NCBI GenBank assembly: GCA_032718475.1
Contig: JAUCBJ010008861.1
Span: forward strand, 1 to 64,000
Origin: Nemertoderma westbladi
Taxonomy: Eukaryota; Animalia; Xenacoelomorpha
Length of the DNA: 64,000 nucleotides
Reading direction: 5' to 3'
Shown here: in pieces, positions 62,197-64,000 of the stretch
How the letters are laid out: every line of letters starts with the position of its first letter
Position numbering within the stretch: position 1 is the stretch's first letter
Position numbers and translations under genes: made by a program
Notes under the pieces: model-generated
Seen by the model: the letters and a program-made list of their open reading frames with translations, nothing else
Told to the model about the DNA's origin: nothing
Database searches by the model: none

Positions 62197-64000
62197 TTAT
62201 TTACTAGTATTAGGTGGAGATTTGTAGTCTCCGGACTCGTTACGAGTCTCTTCAAGAAGTACGAGACGTTGAGTCGGTCTGTCTACTGTACGACCGTCAA
62301 TTGTTCGTACCGTCACAGTTCTTGTCACTCCATCCATAGATGGATGTGTGGCTAAAATGACACCTGTTATCCAGAAGCGTCTTTTTAGATTCACTTCTGC
62401 CAACAGCACGTGATCTCCCGGCTTTAATGCGCGGGTGTTATTGTACCAGTTTGTTCTGGCAGAAATAGAGGGCAAATAATGGTTTTGCCATATTTCCCAG
62501 AATTTGTTAGCCAGTAGTTGCGTGATTTTCCACGCTTTTCTTCCGTAACTATCGCTTTCTAGTGGAATAGAAATAGGTGTCAAAGTTGTCGGTGCCTGCA
62601 TTAGCAGGTGTGCCGGTGTTAAAGCAAACTGGGATTGTTTGTCATCGGGTACTAATACTATTGGTCTAGTATTTAGTATTGCCTCGATTTCAACAAACAA
62701 TGTTGTCAGTTGGTCGTCTGTTAATATGTGGTTTACTGGAATGACCTTTGCCATGGCTGTCTTTATAGATCTAATCAATCTCTCCCAGACTCCGCCTCTC
62801 CAAGGACTATCTGGAGGATTAAACTTCCAAACAATCTTGTGAGGTTGTAGTTCGTTCGAGATTTGATCATGATCTAATTTCTTAAAGGCTCTAGCAATCT
62901 CATTCCGAGCACCAACGAAGTTTGTCCCTTGGTCTGAGTACAAGCATTTTACTAGTCCGCGTCTAGCGATAAATCGCCGCAGTGCTAGTATAAACGCGTT
63001 GGTGGAAAGATCCATCACACGTTCAATGTGAACTGCCCTACTGGACATACATGTGAAAATCAGTCCCCAGCGTTTTACTAGTATACGTCCACGTTTCGTA
63101 TGTATGGGACCAAAGCAATCAATTCCAGTCTCTGTAAAAGGTGGTCTGAATGCTTGAAGTCGTGCTTGTGGTAGTTCACTCATTTCTTGGGTACCTATTC
63201 TAGAATGTACCTTTTTACAAATAATACACGTACGTGTCACTGAACTCAATGCTTTACTGGGTCTAATTAATACAAATCTAGTACGTAAGTAGGAAAGACA
63301 GTGGTGTCTTCCAGCGTGTTTCAGATGTAAATGTGCGTCCAGTATCATTGCACGTTGTAGTTCGTGGTGTTGCGGTATTATTATTGGGTACCTAAAGTTT
63401 GTGTTAAAGTCAATGTTTTGAAGCCGAGATTTATGACAAATTAAGCCATTATAAATAATCGGACTCCAACTCAGTATCGGTGACGACTTGATTGGTTGAC
63501 CTTGATTTATAGATGTGAATTCGCGCGCGAAATATCGCAGTTGGTAATGGCGAATTAATTTAATCTCACACCTGTCAATCTCAGCCAATGTAAGTCGACG
63601 TGTAAAGTCACGTTTGCCTTTAACGTATTGTACGAAACGTACAATCCACGCTAATTTTCGGCAAGCGTTCGACCAAGAGTCTGTTAAGTTTACAATTCGG
63701 TCGACGTAAGTATTTGTGACGTCATCAGGTAAGTCAATGGAGATTTTGGAAGGTTTTGAATTACTAGAAGGGCCCACGGGTCCGCCGGTAAGTATTCCCT
63801 TGTTGACTGTTGATCCGTCCGGGTCTACAAGTAATTTGTCCTTCTTCGTCTTCTTACCTTGATTGTCGGTACTTTGTAAGTCGATCGTTAATGGTGGTTT
63901 GAACTCTATGGGGTCAGCAGGTTTTGGTAAACTTAATTTTCTGCCGACATTAATCCCAGGTCTCACCGTAGGTTGTAGGTTCGGTATGTCTCTTGAGCGC
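62197..64000 (-). CDS. BEL/Pao pol C-terminal part: integrase (HHCC, DDE core, DUF5641-like tail)
   Basis: AHLHLKHAG..CIIC; TGIDCFGP; FTCMSSRAVHIE; LYSDQGTNFVGA; GGVWERLI; LNTRP; LTPAHLL; DGVTRTVTVRT. The frame is open to the window edge. Confidence 0.97.
   Translation of the reverse strand, partial: RSRDIPNLQPTVRPGINVGRKLSLPKPADPIEFKPPLTIDLQSTDNQGKKTKKDKLLVDPDGSTVNKGILTGGPVGPSSNSKPSKISIDLPDDVTNTYVDRIVNLTDSWSNACRKLAWIVRFVQYVKGKRDFTRRLTLAEIDRCEIKLIRHYQLRYFAREFTSINQGQPIKSSPILSWSPIIYNGLICHKSRLQNIDFNTNFRYPIIIPQHHELQRAMILDAHLHLKHAGRHHCLSYLRTRFVLIRPSKALSSVTRTCIICKKVHSRIGTQEMSELPQARLQAFRPPFTETGIDCFGPIHTKRGRILVKRWGLIFTCMSSRAVHIERVMDLSTNAFILALRRFIARRGLVKCLYSDQGTNFVGARNEIARAFKKLDHDQISNELQPHKIVWKFNPPDSPWRGGVWERLIRSIKTAMAKVIPVNHILTDDQLTTLFVEIEAILNTRPIVLVPDDKQSQFALTPAHLLMQAPTTLTPISIPLESDSYGRKAWKITQLLANKFWEIWQNHYLPSISARTNWYNNTRALKPGDHVLLAEVNLKRRFWITGVILATHPSMDGVTRTVTVRTIDGRTVDRPTQRLVLLEETRNESGDYKSPPNTSK

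Larger units (their letters stand above)
59140..64000 (-). mobile_element. BEL/Pao LTR retrotransposon (element D), 3' half; continues beyond the window
   Basis: Integrase ORF, spacer, extra CCHC ORF, and a purine tract AAAGGGAGGGCAAGGG+TG right after that ORF. The left boundary is uncertain. Confidence 0.85.

Overview
This is eukaryotic (probably invertebrate) repeat-dense DNA with no recognisable host gene; it is a nest of transposable elements and tandem repeats. From left to right it holds: an apparently intact two-ORF CR1/L2-group LINE inserted into an RTE LINE; several BEL/Pao LTR-retrotransposon remnants; a 4.4-kb non-autonomous Polinton/Maverick-type element (AGTAGT termini, ~870-bp TIRs, 6-bp TSD) next to a piggyBac-like MITE; a ~4.9-kb 33-bp satellite with higher-order structure; a 2.1-kb C-rich/G-rich array; Helitron/Helentron-like short elements; and the integrase end of another BEL/Pao element. 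The best lead is that two divergent BEL/Pao elements each carry a homologous extra ORF downstream of pol, where env would sit. It has three tandem CCHC knuckles plus a conserved ~90-aa domain. A 17-nt hairpin motif also recurs six times in BEL-derived sequence, including both flanks of one of these ORFs. All alignments were done by eye, and no database search was possible.
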